From an uncultured Ruminococcus sp. (lineage in GTDB: Bacteria; Bacillota; Clostridia; Oscillospirales; CAG-272), in the NCBI GenBank assembly GCA_964522215.1, contig CAZFVR010000003.1:43112-107111 (forward strand): a stretch of DNA of 64,000 bases. Direction: 5' to 3'. Positions 1 to 9,782 of the stretch are shown piece after piece. The notes under the pieces are model-generated. The model had not been told where the DNA came from. It saw only the letters and a list, made by a program, of their open reading frames with translations, and searched no databases. Each line of letters opens with the position of its first letter. Position 1 is the stretch's first letter. Both the position numbers and the translations under genes were made by a program.

Positions 1-739
1 ATGCCGTCTTTATCCTGCGTTTAACAAAGCGAATATCCCCCGGCAGTATCTCGCTTTCATATTTGGCGCGAAGTGCCGCGATATACTCGCCATCACGCTT
101 AAGTCGTATAAAGTATCTTTCGATAACTATCAGCCAGAAAATGCCCATTATAGCAGAAAGCATTATGCCAAGCTCGCGAAAGAGGCCTATAAACTCATAC
201 CAGTCAAACTTTGTTTCATCAAAGCCGCCCGATGTGAGAGATGCAAACTCCGGCAGTACTGCACAAAGGGGCTTGAAGAATAAAAATACACCTGTCACGG
301 CTTTGGCATAGCCGGTAATGGTCACTCTGCCGCGGTGTGAAGCATACGGTGCCATAGCCCCCGTTCTTGTACCGAGATACAAAAGACCGTCAAAAAGACC
401 ATTCCATGCGGGCACCAAAACTATAAGCTCAACAACGGCAAACGCAAACACCGCCAGCAGTATCATAACAGGTCGCTCGTTTTGATTGGCAAGCCCGAAT
501 ATCAAAAACATGGCCACAAGCTTTGCAAGCTCCACTACGCCGGCCACGAAAAAACGCGGACGAGCCGCCTCAATCTGCGGGCAGATATAAGACAGCGACG
601 TGATGCCGAAAGCGATCAAAAAATAACCTATCAGATCCGGTAGGACGTCCACGATCGCCAGATCCGGATTAAAGATCACAAAGGGCGCAATGATAAGCGC
701 CAAAAAGCCCATAGATCCGTTTTTTACTCGATCTGTCAT
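1..739 (-). CDS. hypothetical multi-pass membrane protein, partial (3' end runs off the window start; absent from the supplied ORF track because no stop lies in the window)
   Basis: Manual minus-strand translation from ATG at 739-737 gives MTDRVKNGSMGFLALIIAPFVIFNPDLAIVDVLPDLIGYFLIAFG... and stays open to position 1. AAGGAG lies 7 nt upstream. Several hydrophobic helices are present. It replaces the + strand ORF 63..311. Confidence 0.5.
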   Translation of the reverse strand, partial: MTDRVKNGSMGFLALIIAPFVIFNPDLAIVDVLPDLIGYFLIAFGITSLSYICPQIEAARPRFFVAGVVELAKLVAMFLIFGLANQNERPVMILLAVFAFAVVELIVLVPAWNGLFDGLLYLGTRTGAMAPYASHRGRVTITGYAKAVTGVFLFFKPLCAVLPEFASLTSGGFDETKFDWYEFIGLFRELGIMLSAIMGIFWLIVIERYFIRLKRDGEYIAALRAKYESEILPGDIRFVKRRIKTA

Positions 740-827
740 TTTTATGCTCCTTGATCCTCAAAAAATTATATCATTTCGTCTACACATTCGGGTAAACGGT
801 CGGCTCCACCGCGGGCACCCGGCAGCT

Positions 828-1505
828 TCACTTGCGTTTTTTGCGTTTGCCGCCCGCGCGAGCCGCCTCGCGCTTTCTTTGGCGTTCCTCTATCTCGGCG
901 CGTGTAGTCTCGATGGCACGCGCTTCGCGCCTATCCAGCTCGGCAAAGAATTTATCAATAAACGCTATTCCCGTCTTGCGGCGGGTCACTGTATCCGGCT
1001 CGCCTGCAGGTGCGATATAACGATAACTGCCGTAGATGGCCACAGCAGTGATCACCATAAGCACGTAGAACATCAGCCAATAAAACCCGGGCGGTATCAG
1101 TTGGGTTATACCGAGAACATACGTCACAAACCAGAGAACAGAAATAAACACAGCTGTAAGAGCCGTGGAGCGTTGGCGTTCTATCCCTACCGAGGCATCG
1201 GCAAGGTTAAGCTCCCAGTTTATTATGAGATGAAAGACGAGGACGACGCCAAACCACACCCAGCTCTCTATAGTTTGGACCACACCCGGCAGGTCTGCAT
1301 ATTTTATTATGCCCTCAAAGACGCCGGTCAGAGCAAACAGTGCCGACAATAGACCGACATAAAAGAACCCGCGAAAGTAATCGCAAAGCTTTTTGCAGCC
1401 AACCATCATTACGATACAGCCAAGTATTCGTATAGCCCAGCCGTACATTGTAAGTGTCATGGGGAAAGCTATAAGATAGCCTATAAAAAGCACTCCAAAT
1501 CCCAT
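828..1505 (-). CDS. hypothetical multi-pass membrane protein with a basic/acidic helical C-terminal tail
   Basis: 225 aa ORF with about 6 hydrophobic segments. The C-terminus is ELDRREARAIETTRAEIEERQRKREAARAGGKRKKRK. It lies 22 nt downstream of secA on the same strand. Confidence 0.55.
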   Translation of the reverse strand: MGFGVLFIGYLIAFPMTLTMYGWAIRILGCIVMMVGCKKLCDYFRGFFYVGLLSALFALTGVFEGIIKYADLPGVVQTIESWVWFGVVLVFHLIINWELNLADASVGIERQRSTALTAVFISVLWFVTYVLGITQLIPPGFYWLMFYVLMVITAVAIYGSYRYIAPAGEPDTVTRRKTGIAFIDKFFAELDRREARAIETTRAEIEERQRKREAARAGGKRKKRK

Positions 1506-1527
1506 CAGATGTCACCGCCGGTCATTG

Positions 1528-4305
1528 TCAGTTACTGCCGCCATTGTCGTCAAGGCTTTTTGCGCCACAGCACTTTTTGTATTTTTTGCCGCTGCCGCAG
1601 GGACAGGGCGCGTTGCGATCTATCCGCTCGGCGGGGTGGGTCGGCAGGGGGGATGAGCCTTTGTCTTTTTCCGCACTGCGACCAAGGCGCATGTTTTTTA
1701 TCATCTCCGGGGTGATAACTATGACCTCCGGTATGCGCTCGGTCAGCATCTCGCGTGCAGTCTTATCGCGTATCTCGGTTATAAGATCACCAAACATATT
1801 CGAGCCGAGCAGCTTGTACTCAGTAAGCGGATCCTTGTGTGCGTAGGATTGCAGGCGCACGTTTTGCTTTAGATTTTCCATATCATCGATGTGATCGAGC
1901 CACATCTCGTCCATGTTATGAAGCAGTGTCGTCCGCTCAAAGCGGTGGAAGCGCTCGTATCCCGCATCCGCCTCACGCTTTCTGTAAAGCTCGTCGGCAT
2001 TTTTGCAGAGCAGATCTGTAATATCATCGGGTCTTACTCTCGCCAGTGCCTCATCGGTGAACACAAGATCATCGTCATGGCAGACCCAGCCGAGATATTT
2101 GCGGCGCAGGCCGTCAATATCCCACTCACTGCGGTCAGCGGATGCGGTGGCATCCGCTACCGACTCGGCTATGGTGGAGGAGATCATCTCCTTTATCTTT
2201 GCCGAAAGATCGCCCTCATGGAGTATCTCATCTCTTTGCTGATATATCGATTTACGCTGTTCGTTTAGGATATCGTCATATTCAAGCACGCTCTTACGGA
2301 TCTTAAAGTTGCGGCTCTCTATCCTTTTTTGGGCGCTCTCGATCACGCTTGAGAAGAGCTTTATATTTTGCGACATATCACCGCTCTCATCGGTAAGGTT
2401 TGTTGCAAATGAAGAAAGCTTTTGCAGGCGCGCGGGATCCGCGAAAAGGCGCATAAGATCATCCTGAAGCGAGATAAAGAAGGTAGACTCTCCCGGGTCG
2501 CCTTGACGTCCCGAACGACCGCGCAGCTGGTTATCTATACGGCGGCTCTCATGCCGCTCGGAGCCGATGATATAAAGACCGCCGGATGCCACCACCCTCT
2601 CGCGGTTGGGCTTTATCTCCTCTTTATACTTTTCGTAGTACATTCTGAATGTATTACGTGCATTTTTGATATCCGGATCGCTCGTGGGGGCAGTACCTGT
2701 GGAGAGTGCGATAAGCTCCGGGCGAAGCCCCATGCGGGTCATCTCCTGCTTTGCCATATGCTCCGGGTTGCCGCCAAGCATGATATCGGTACCGCGGCCC
2801 GCCATGTTCGTGGCGATAGTCACGGCACCCGCACGACCGGCTTCGGCTATGATATCAGCCTCACGCTCATGATTTTTTGCATTAAGCACATTATGCTTGA
2901 TGCCACGTGCTTTAAGCATTTTTGAGAGCATTTCGGATTTTTCAACCGATGCCGTACCGACAAGCACCGGCTGCTCGCGCTCGCGGCATTCCTCCACCAG
3001 TTCGATCACCGCGCGGAACTTAGCCGCCTCATCGGTAAAGATACGGTCGGGGTGATCGTTGCGGATCATCGGCTTGTTGGTGGGGACTTCAACAACGTCA
3101 AGCCCGTATATTTCTCTGAATTCTTCCTCCTCGGTCATGGCGGTTCCCGTCATGCCAGAAAGCTTATGGTACATACGGAAATAGTTTTGAATGGTCACTG
3201 TAGCAGTTACCTTCATCTCCGACTGCACGTTCACTCGTTCCTTGGCCTCAAGTGCCTGATGCAGACCGTCCTGATAACGTCTGCCGGGCATGAGACGGCC
3301 GGTAAAGGAGTCAACAATAATTATTTCGCCGTCCTTGACAACATAGTCGATATCCCTCTTTTTTACACCGTACGCGTGGATAGACTGGTTTACATTATGG
3401 GCTATGCTGGCGTTTTCCGGGTCATTGAGGTTCTCAATGCCGAAAAATTCCTCGATCTTTTTAACTCCTCGCGGTGTCAGTACCGCGTTTGAGTGCTTCT
3501 CGTCAACGATGTAATCAAAATTTTCGTCATCTGTCTCAAGCTTTGTATCTATTTCCTTGATGACCTTTTTTGAGAGCTTTCTCACCGCCGCATCGCATCG
3601 CTCATATATATCAGTTGATTTTCCGCTCATACCCGAGATGATGAGAGGCGTGCGAGCCTCATCGATAAGGATGGAGTCTACCTCATCGATGATAGCAAAA
3701 TTGTGTCCGCGCTGCATCTGCCTATCAAGGCTCGTTTGCAGATTATCGCGCAGATAGTCAAAACCAAACTCGTTGTTCGTTCCGTAGGTGATATCTGCAG
3801 CATAGTTGCGGCGCTTTTCATCGGCTGACATATCCTTGGTGATAACACCTGTGCGGAGACCGAGATACTCATATATCCTGCCCATCTCTCCCGCATCGCG
3901 CACGGCCAGGTAATCGTTTACCGTAACGATGTGCACACCGCGACCGGTGAGCGCGTTAAGATACGCCGGCATGGTGGCAACAAGAGTCTTACCCTCGCCC
4001 GTCTTCATTTCGGCTATTCTGCCCTGATGCAGCAATATACCGCCTATGACCTGGACGCGGAAAGGACGTTTGCCAAGCACTCTGTCTGCAGCCTCACGCA
4101 CTGCGGCAAAGGCCTCCGGCAAAAGCCCCTCAAGTGATTCTCCCGCATCAAGTCGAGCGCGAAAAGCGGGTGTTACCGAGCGAAGTTCCTCCTCGCTCAT
4201 GGCACGGTATTTATCCGAGAGAGCATCAACGGCATCCGCCGCGCTCTTGATCTTTTTCAGCTGTCTTTTGCTGTAGTCACCAAACAAAAGTGTTTCTATC
4301 TTCAT
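1528..4305 (-). CDS. secA: preprotein translocase ATPase SecA
   Basis: Motifs AEMKTGEGKTLVATMPAYLNAL, DEVDSILIDEARTPLIISG and TNMAGRGTDI, plus C-terminal zinc motif CPCGSGKKYKKCCG. Start chosen at MKIETLLFG (ATG 4305) behind GGGGAA; the ORF track extends to 4344. Confidence 0.95.
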   Translation of the reverse strand: MKIETLLFGDYSKRQLKKIKSAADAVDALSDKYRAMSEEELRSVTPAFRARLDAGESLEGLLPEAFAAVREAADRVLGKRPFRVQVIGGILLHQGRIAEMKTGEGKTLVATMPAYLNALTGRGVHIVTVNDYLAVRDAGEMGRIYEYLGLRTGVITKDMSADEKRRNYAADITYGTNNEFGFDYLRDNLQTSLDRQMQRGHNFAIIDEVDSILIDEARTPLIISGMSGKSTDIYERCDAAVRKLSKKVIKEIDTKLETDDENFDYIVDEKHSNAVLTPRGVKKIEEFFGIENLNDPENASIAHNVNQSIHAYGVKKRDIDYVVKDGEIIIVDSFTGRLMPGRRYQDGLHQALEAKERVNVQSEMKVTATVTIQNYFRMYHKLSGMTGTAMTEEEEFREIYGLDVVEVPTNKPMIRNDHPDRIFTDEAAKFRAVIELVEECREREQPVLVGTASVEKSEMLSKMLKARGIKHNVLNAKNHEREADIIAEAGRAGAVTIATNMAGRGTDIMLGGNPEHMAKQEMTRMGLRPELIALSTGTAPTSDPDIKNARNTFRMYYEKYKEEIKPNRERVVASGGLYIIGSERHESRRIDNQLRGRSGRQGDPGESTFFISLQDDLMRLFADPARLQKLSSFATNLTDESGDMSQNIKLFSSVIESAQKRIESRNFKIRKSVLEYDDILNEQRKSIYQQRDEILHEGDLSAKIKEMISSTIAESVADATASADRSEWDIDGLRRKYLGWVCHDDDLVFTDEALARVRPDDITDLLCKNADELYRKREADAGYERFHRFERTTLLHNMDEMWLDHIDDMENLKQNVRLQSYAHKDPLTEYKLLGSNMFGDLITEIRDKTAREMLTERIPEVIVITPEMIKNMRLGRSAEKDKGSSPLPTHPAERIDRNAPCPCGSGKKYKKCCGAKSLDDNGGSN

Positions 4306-4460
4306 TGAAAGTTGATTCCCCATTCCGCCGCCGAGAGACGGCAAAAATATTGTTTTAATTACGTCAGAGTAACGGTTATTATAATCTATTCTATTATACT
4401 ATATTCTAAAGATAAAAACCATACTAAAATGTAAATTTTACTCGCAAAGGCCGCTGATAC

Positions 4461-4489
4461 TTGAAAAAAAGACGTTTGTGCGGTATAAT
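4461..4489 (+). promoter_or_regulatory. sigA-type promoter TTGAAA-17-TATAAT upstream of mnmA
   Basis: TTGAAA at 4461..4466, 17 nt spacer, TATAAT at 4484..4489, about 75 nt upstream of the mnmA ATG. Confidence 0.5.
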
Positions 4490-4565
4490 AGGCTGTAAAA
4501 TATATAACTATAAAACCCACGGAGCGCGACCACACGCGACTTTCCGGGGCATGGGACAGAATATC

Positions 4566-5639
4566 ATGAAAACAGTATTGCTCGGCATGAGCGGCGGGGT
4601 GGATAGCACAGTTTCCGCCATGCTGCTTGTACGTGCCGGCTACAGCGTTACCGGCATCACTTTTATTATGACAGATCAAATGCTACCCTCCTGCGGCAGC
4701 GCATCGGCCGCCGCTGCGGCCGCAAAGGTCTCCGCAGAGATAGGCATTCCACACATAACGCTTGATATACGCGACAGATTCAAGCAGCGGGTAATAGATA
4801 ATTTTACAAGTGTGTACCTTGGCGGCGGAACACCAAACCCCTGTGTTGAATGTAACCGCCACATAAAATTCCCGGAGATGCTTGCCTACGCCGACTCGCA
4901 CGGCATTGATATGATCGCCACAGGTCACTATGCATCGATCAGCCATGATTCAAACGGGTATCATCTTATCACCCCCACCGATACAGCAAAGGATCAAACG
5001 TATTTTCTTTACACGCTTGATCAAGCGACCCTCTCGCGGCTCATCTTCCCTCTTGCGGGTCTTAAGAAAAGTGAGGTGCGCGGGCTCGCCGCCTCGGATC
5101 ACTCCTCCGCCGCCGAAAAAAAGGACAGTCAAGATATATGCTTTATACCGGACGGCGACTACAAAGCCTTTGCAGCGCGCGAGGTTGGCACGCTTCCGCC
5201 TCCCGGCGACTTTGTAGATACAGACGGTCGCGTGCTCGGCAGGCACACCGGCATACAAAACTATACGCCCGGACAGCGGCGCGGACTGGGGATATCTGCA
5301 GACCGTCCGCTTTACGTGTGCAGCATAGATGCGGTCGCTAACCGCGTTATACTGTCCGGTGAGGATATGCTTTATCGCTCGTCGATAATGATAAAACAAG
5401 CAACCTTTATTTCAGGCAAGTTACCAACCGAGCCGTTCTGTGCACAGGTCAGCACCCGCTACACAAAACGCCGCTCGCAGGCCACCGTCAGACCGATAGA
5501 CATTGCGGCAGGGATATACAAAATAGACTTTACGCTCCCCGAGCGCGCGCCCGCCCCAGGACAATCTGCCGTCTTTTACAACGACGGAGAGCTTTTGGGC
5601 GGCGGTATTATCATCCGAGATGATGAGATCACGGGCTGA
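4566..5639 (+). CDS. mnmA: tRNA-specific 2-thiouridylase MnmA
   Basis: PP-loop LGMSGGVDSTVSA, ATGHYA and KDQTYFL motifs. Start taken at MKTVLLGMSGG (ATG 4566). Confidence 0.9.
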   Translation: MKTVLLGMSGGVDSTVSAMLLVRAGYSVTGITFIMTDQMLPSCGSASAAAAAAKVSAEIGIPHITLDIRDRFKQRVIDNFTSVYLGGGTPNPCVECNRHIKFPEMLAYADSHGIDMIATGHYASISHDSNGYHLITPTDTAKDQTYFLYTLDQATLSRLIFPLAGLKKSEVRGLAASDHSSAAEKKDSQDICFIPDGDYKAFAAREVGTLPPPGDFVDTDGRVLGRHTGIQNYTPGQRRGLGISADRPLYVCSIDAVANRVILSGEDMLYRSSIMIKQATFISGKLPTEPFCAQVSTRYTKRRSQATVRPIDIAAGIYKIDFTLPERAPAPGQSAVFYNDGELLGGGIIIRDDEITG

Positions 5640-5665
5640 TTACAAATAAAAAATATAATAAAAAC

Positions 5666-5699
5666 TCGATCCGGATGTCGCGCGCGGCATCCGGATCGA
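5666..5699. terminator. bidirectional intrinsic terminator between convergent mnmA and the 5734..6243 gene
   Basis: Stem tcgatccggatg / catccggatcga, with an A-rich tract upstream and a T-rich tract downstream. Confidence 0.65.
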
Positions 5700-5733
5700 T
5701 AATTTTATTATGTTGGATATTTGTCTTTATAGC

Positions 5734-6243
5734 TTACGATACGGGAACGACCTGCTCTTCGGTCACGAGCTTATAAACGACCTTATCACCGTTTGCAACG
5801 GTAAGTGTCAGGGATGTGGCATCCTCCGGCTTTGTGCCGTTGAGAGTCCAATCAAAGTGGGTGTTCTTAAAGGTCTTTGTTTCCTCGTTGCTGGATACGT
5901 TCTCGCTCTTTTGAGCCAGAGTTTCGCCCTCAAAGGTGATGGAGTCAACAGAACCATCGGCAAGAGCCTTATATGTAGCCTCACGAGCGGTTATGAGAGC
6001 AATGAGGGTATCATTGACTGTGCTTCCCGCGTTCACCTGAAGCTCGGTCGCCTTAAGGAAGAGCGCCTCGGCTCCATCACTGTCGGTGTAATACACCTCA
6101 ACGGATACGGTGATCTTATCACCATCATTGCCGGGCTGATCACCATTGTCGCAGGAGATGCAGACCGCCGAGAGGGCGAGGAGCATGAGAGATGCGAGTA
6201 AAAGAGAAATAATTTTTTTAGCTTTCATTTTAAAAAATACCAT
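5734..6243 (-). CDS. secreted protein or lipoprotein, DUF4430-like (tentative)
   Basis: N-terminal signal sequence MKAKKIISLLLASLMLLALSAVCISC. The C-terminal FDWTLNGTKPED...GDKVVYKL resembles the DUF4430 W-x-x-NG ... GD-x-v pattern. An alternative start is ATG 6228. Confidence 0.45.
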   Translation of the reverse strand: MVFFKMKAKKIISLLLASLMLLALSAVCISCDNGDQPGNDGDKITVSVEVYYTDSDGAEALFLKATELQVNAGSTVNDTLIALITAREATYKALADGSVDSITFEGETLAQKSENVSSNEETKTFKNTHFDWTLNGTKPEDATSLTLTVANGDKVVYKLVTEEQVVPVS

Positions 6244-6480
6244 GCCTTTCTTGTCCGCCTTTCAGCGCGGATCAACATGAATAGATTATACAATACAATC
6301 GCGGTTTTGTCAATAGGATTAGTGCAGATTTTATCGTTTTGCTGAAAAATGATGTATCCTTTGCTTGTATCCTCACCTCGTCGACAGCACAAGCCGCTAA
6401 CGCGCTCATGCTGTTGACGTTTTTGAATGGTATGGGACTAACAATGTCTTTTTGGGGCTACCAAAGCTTGCGCACAGTGT

Positions 6481-9120
6481 TTAGGTAAAGTCACCGAAAA
6501 TGCGACGGCGCAGATCAAATATATCATTCTCTCCAAATCCGCCGGGCAGCCACACGAGCGTGGTCGTCTCCGCGGGCTCTGTTACCTCCGGGACGACTAT
6601 GCCCGATCCCGGTCGGTGGTTGGCATCGATTATCCAGGATGTAGCATCGCCATGCTCTGTGCATGCTCTGTTATACGGCATTCCGCTGCCCGAATGCTTA
6701 CCGTAAAATCTGTCGTTACCGGAAAGCGATTGATAATAAGGATAATATGCATTTGAATACGGTACTATGCCCTCTGCATTCTGCACATAGGTATATTGGG
6801 TATCATTTACATATACCTCGATCGGGAAATTACGATCAACGAGCAGCAGCGGCTTTTGAATGAGATTTTCGGTCGGGCACTTATCGCATGCTACGCCGCC
6901 CGTGACATCATCAAATATCACCCACACATGACGGTCACAAGAGGTCGTGGGCTGTGTTCCGCGCAAGAAGTACCCTGTTTCCGCCGAGTTACCGCGCGGG
7001 TCTGCCTCGCAGGCATCAGTCATCAGCTTGCCGGAATACTTGCAGTAGGTGCATTTTACAACATCATCCGATACGGTAAAGGTCTTAAGCTCATCATTAC
7101 CGTCGGCCACCGACTCAAATATCGGTTCGTGTATCTCGGTCATCATGGTGTTCCACACGATACCGGAGGGGTTATCACCGGGTATTGCCTTGGGATACTC
7201 ATATCCATACCACACACCGCAGATATAATACGGTGAATAGCCAATAAACCATCTATCATAGTTATCGCCCGCCGAACCTGTTTTTGCGGCAAGCTCTATC
7301 TTTGAATCAAGCTTAATATATCCGCTGTGCGCCACGACCGTTTGCATGAGCTTTGTCATGATGGATGCGGTAGACTCGCTGAGAGCCACGGTTCCCTTAT
7401 AGTCGTTTTGAAGGATCGTGTTGCCCTCGCTATCCAGCACCTTAAGATAGGAATTTGATTCATTATAAACACCGTTATTGGCAAAAACGGAATATGCCGC
7501 CGTCATCTCGCGCACTGTAAGACCGTAGTTCAGCTGACCGAGTGCCAATGCCGCGTAGCCTTTATCCGTCAGAGTATTGCCGCTTTCAAGCGTCATAGAC
7601 TCTATAAGATTATCAAGTCCCAGTGTATTGCGGCAGAACTTAAAGGAATAGTCAAGCCCCACGAGATCCAACACTTTGAGGGATACGGTATTTAGTGAAT
7701 TCTCTACCGCATACTTGATATTTGTAAGACCGCGGTAGTAATAATCAAAGTTTTTAGGCCAGGCGGTACCCGCCTCTTTATCAAAGGTGAAGGGGGTATC
7801 ATCAAAAACAGATGCGTAGGTGATAAGCCCGCGCTCGATCGCCGGGGCGTACACAGCCAGCGGCTTTATTGACGATCCCGGCGAGCGTTTGGTAGTTGTG
7901 GCGTAGTTTTGTATTCTGTTTGCCGTCTTCTCTCCTCTTGCCCCCACAACACCAAGTATATCACCGGTCTCGGGATCTATCACGATCGCCGAGGACTGCG
8001 CGGGGAGGATGGAATCGCTGTCCGGAAAATTGCCATCATCAAGATAGGTCTCCTCAAGGATCGTTTGGATGCGGTCATCCACCAAAAGATAAATGTTCCA
8101 GCCGCTGTTATACACCTTAAGTGCCGCTATCTCGCGCGAGACCTCATACTGCTTGCTGTAATCTGTAATGATATCCTCTATTGCCATATCGGTATACCAA
8201 GAGTTGATGTTTATCTCTCTCGTGTCATCCCGGACGTTAAGGACCAGCTCCTTGCCGTATGCCTCGTCATACTCGCGCTTATTGATAAGCCCCTGCTCAA
8301 GCATAAGATCAAGCACGGTGTTGCGCCGCTCAAGGTTATCCTCCGGATGAGTAATGGGATTGTACTTTGAGGGGTTTTTGGTAATGGATGCGATGGCGGC
8401 GCACTCGATAAGCGTCAGCTCGCTTACATCCTTATCAAAATACTTATTTGCCGCTGCCTGCACGCCGTAACAGCCGGAGCCGAGATTTATGATGTTAAGA
8501 TACAGCTCCAGTATCTCCTCTTTTTCCATCTTCTTTTCAAGATCGAGCGCCCAAAGGATCTCCTGTATCTTACGCTGTATCTTGTAGGAATCATCTCCGC
8601 TCACGTTTTTTATAAGCTGTTGGGTAAGAGTTGAACCGCCATAGTTTGAGCTGTCAAAGCCGAGAAAAAAGTTTGCGCCCGCCTTGACAGTCCTTAGCCA
8701 GTCCACACCATCATGAGTCATAAAACGCTTATCCTCAACGGCAATGAATGCATTTTGCAGGTTTGCGGGGATCTTATCATACTCTGTAAAGATACTGTTT
8801 TTAGGACCGTACAACCGCTCGCTTTCAAGCTCCACGGCCTCGCCTACGCGATTGGCGCGGTCGGTGAACTCATATCTGTAAACACGAGTGGTAGTGGAAG
8901 TGTTAAAATCAAGCTTGTATTTTGATATATCCACCTCGGTCTCAACATAGTTCTTTATATAGATAGTAAATGCGCAAACGACTATGATACCGGTAAGTGC
9001 GCAAATGATAAGAAAGGTTACAAGCACGTTTAAAAAGCCGCGAAAAAAGATCCCGGCGCCGTGCCAGGCTATCTTGCATGCTTTTTTTATCTCTTCGTAC
9101 CAGTTAATTTTTTTTTGCAT
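6481..9120 (-). CDS. class A penicillin-binding protein (glycosyltransferase plus transpeptidase) with a Cys-containing C-terminal extension
   Basis: GT51 motifs FIAVEDKRFMTHDGVDW and GGSTLTQQL. Transpeptidase motifs SPGSSIKP, SLN and KTGS. N-terminal TM anchor. Start at MQKKINWYEE (ATG 9120) behind AGGAAAGG. Confidence 0.9.
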   Translation of the reverse strand: MQKKINWYEEIKKACKIAWHGAGIFFRGFLNVLVTFLIICALTGIIVVCAFTIYIKNYVETEVDISKYKLDFNTSTTTRVYRYEFTDRANRVGEAVELESERLYGPKNSIFTEYDKIPANLQNAFIAVEDKRFMTHDGVDWLRTVKAGANFFLGFDSSNYGGSTLTQQLIKNVSGDDSYKIQRKIQEILWALDLEKKMEKEEILELYLNIINLGSGCYGVQAAANKYFDKDVSELTLIECAAIASITKNPSKYNPITHPEDNLERRNTVLDLMLEQGLINKREYDEAYGKELVLNVRDDTREININSWYTDMAIEDIITDYSKQYEVSREIAALKVYNSGWNIYLLVDDRIQTILEETYLDDGNFPDSDSILPAQSSAIVIDPETGDILGVVGARGEKTANRIQNYATTTKRSPGSSIKPLAVYAPAIERGLITYASVFDDTPFTFDKEAGTAWPKNFDYYYRGLTNIKYAVENSLNTVSLKVLDLVGLDYSFKFCRNTLGLDNLIESMTLESGNTLTDKGYAALALGQLNYGLTVREMTAAYSVFANNGVYNESNSYLKVLDSEGNTILQNDYKGTVALSESTASIMTKLMQTVVAHSGYIKLDSKIELAAKTGSAGDNYDRWFIGYSPYYICGVWYGYEYPKAIPGDNPSGIVWNTMMTEIHEPIFESVADGNDELKTFTVSDDVVKCTYCKYSGKLMTDACEADPRGNSAETGYFLRGTQPTTSCDRHVWVIFDDVTGGVACDKCPTENLIQKPLLLVDRNFPIEVYVNDTQYTYVQNAEGIVPYSNAYYPYYQSLSGNDRFYGKHSGSGMPYNRACTEHGDATSWIIDANHRPGSGIVVPEVTEPAETTTLVWLPGGFGENDIFDLRRRIFGDFT

Positions 9121-9271
9121 TCTTTGACCTTTCCTGTTTGGTTTTTTATTACCGCGGCTCGCTTGCCGCACGCTTTTGTTTATCGTCTGACTTATTTTAT
9201 CATTATTTTAGCACTCTTATTTGAATACACTATGAATTTAGGACAATAATAATTGAAAAACAAACAAAAGG

Positions 9272-9736
9272 ATGTATGAGAAAATGAAGATCAAGTTATT
9301 GTGGACCGTGACAGCGGCGGCTGTGCTGTCCCTTGCGCTCTCCACCGTCGCCGTGGTCCTGTGTACCAGAGCGTATATAAACGCCGCGAAAGGCACAGGC
9401 GAGCACGCCGTGGGGAGACCGACCGACTCATCCGCCTCCCCCGCCGCAGGTGATAGTCAAACTGCCGCCAGCATCCTCGGGGATAAAGACAGCTACGACT
9501 CCACCGCCGCGGCCGCAGATGTTTTTGCATTTCACGGCAATGATGATGCGATACTTTTGATCTACAACGATGAGGGCGGCGAACTTACTGCCATCGATCG
9601 AACGGGCGGTGTGGTATATTCTGCCCCGTTTGACCTCGGTATACTCAGCGCCGATGAGGCGGAGCTTTTACGGGCGGGAGTGAGCCTTCGGGACTCATCG
9701 GCGCTGGCGGCGGCCATCGAGGATCTTACAAGCTGA
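9272..9736 (+). CDS. hypothetical membrane-anchored protein
   Basis: N-terminal TM KLLWTVTAAAVLSLALSTVAVVL, a Ser/Ala-rich linker and a small C-terminal domain. An alternative start is ATG 9284. Confidence 0.45.
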   Translation: MYEKMKIKLLWTVTAAAVLSLALSTVAVVLCTRAYINAAKGTGEHAVGRPTDSSASPAAGDSQTAASILGDKDSYDSTAAAADVFAFHGNDDAILLIYNDEGGELTAIDRTGGVVYSAPFDLGILSADEAELLRAGVSLRDSSALAAAIEDLTS

Positions 9737-9782
9737 TCCTCTGTCCCCCCGCCGGCGTTGACACGCTCAGCTGTTCAGTCGT

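Noticed and set aside
63-311. ORF-track entry 63..311 (+), 82 aa.
   Set aside because: It is antisense to the longer, RBS-preceded, hydrophobic minus-strand ORF that is open from 739 to the window edge. The product has no motifs.
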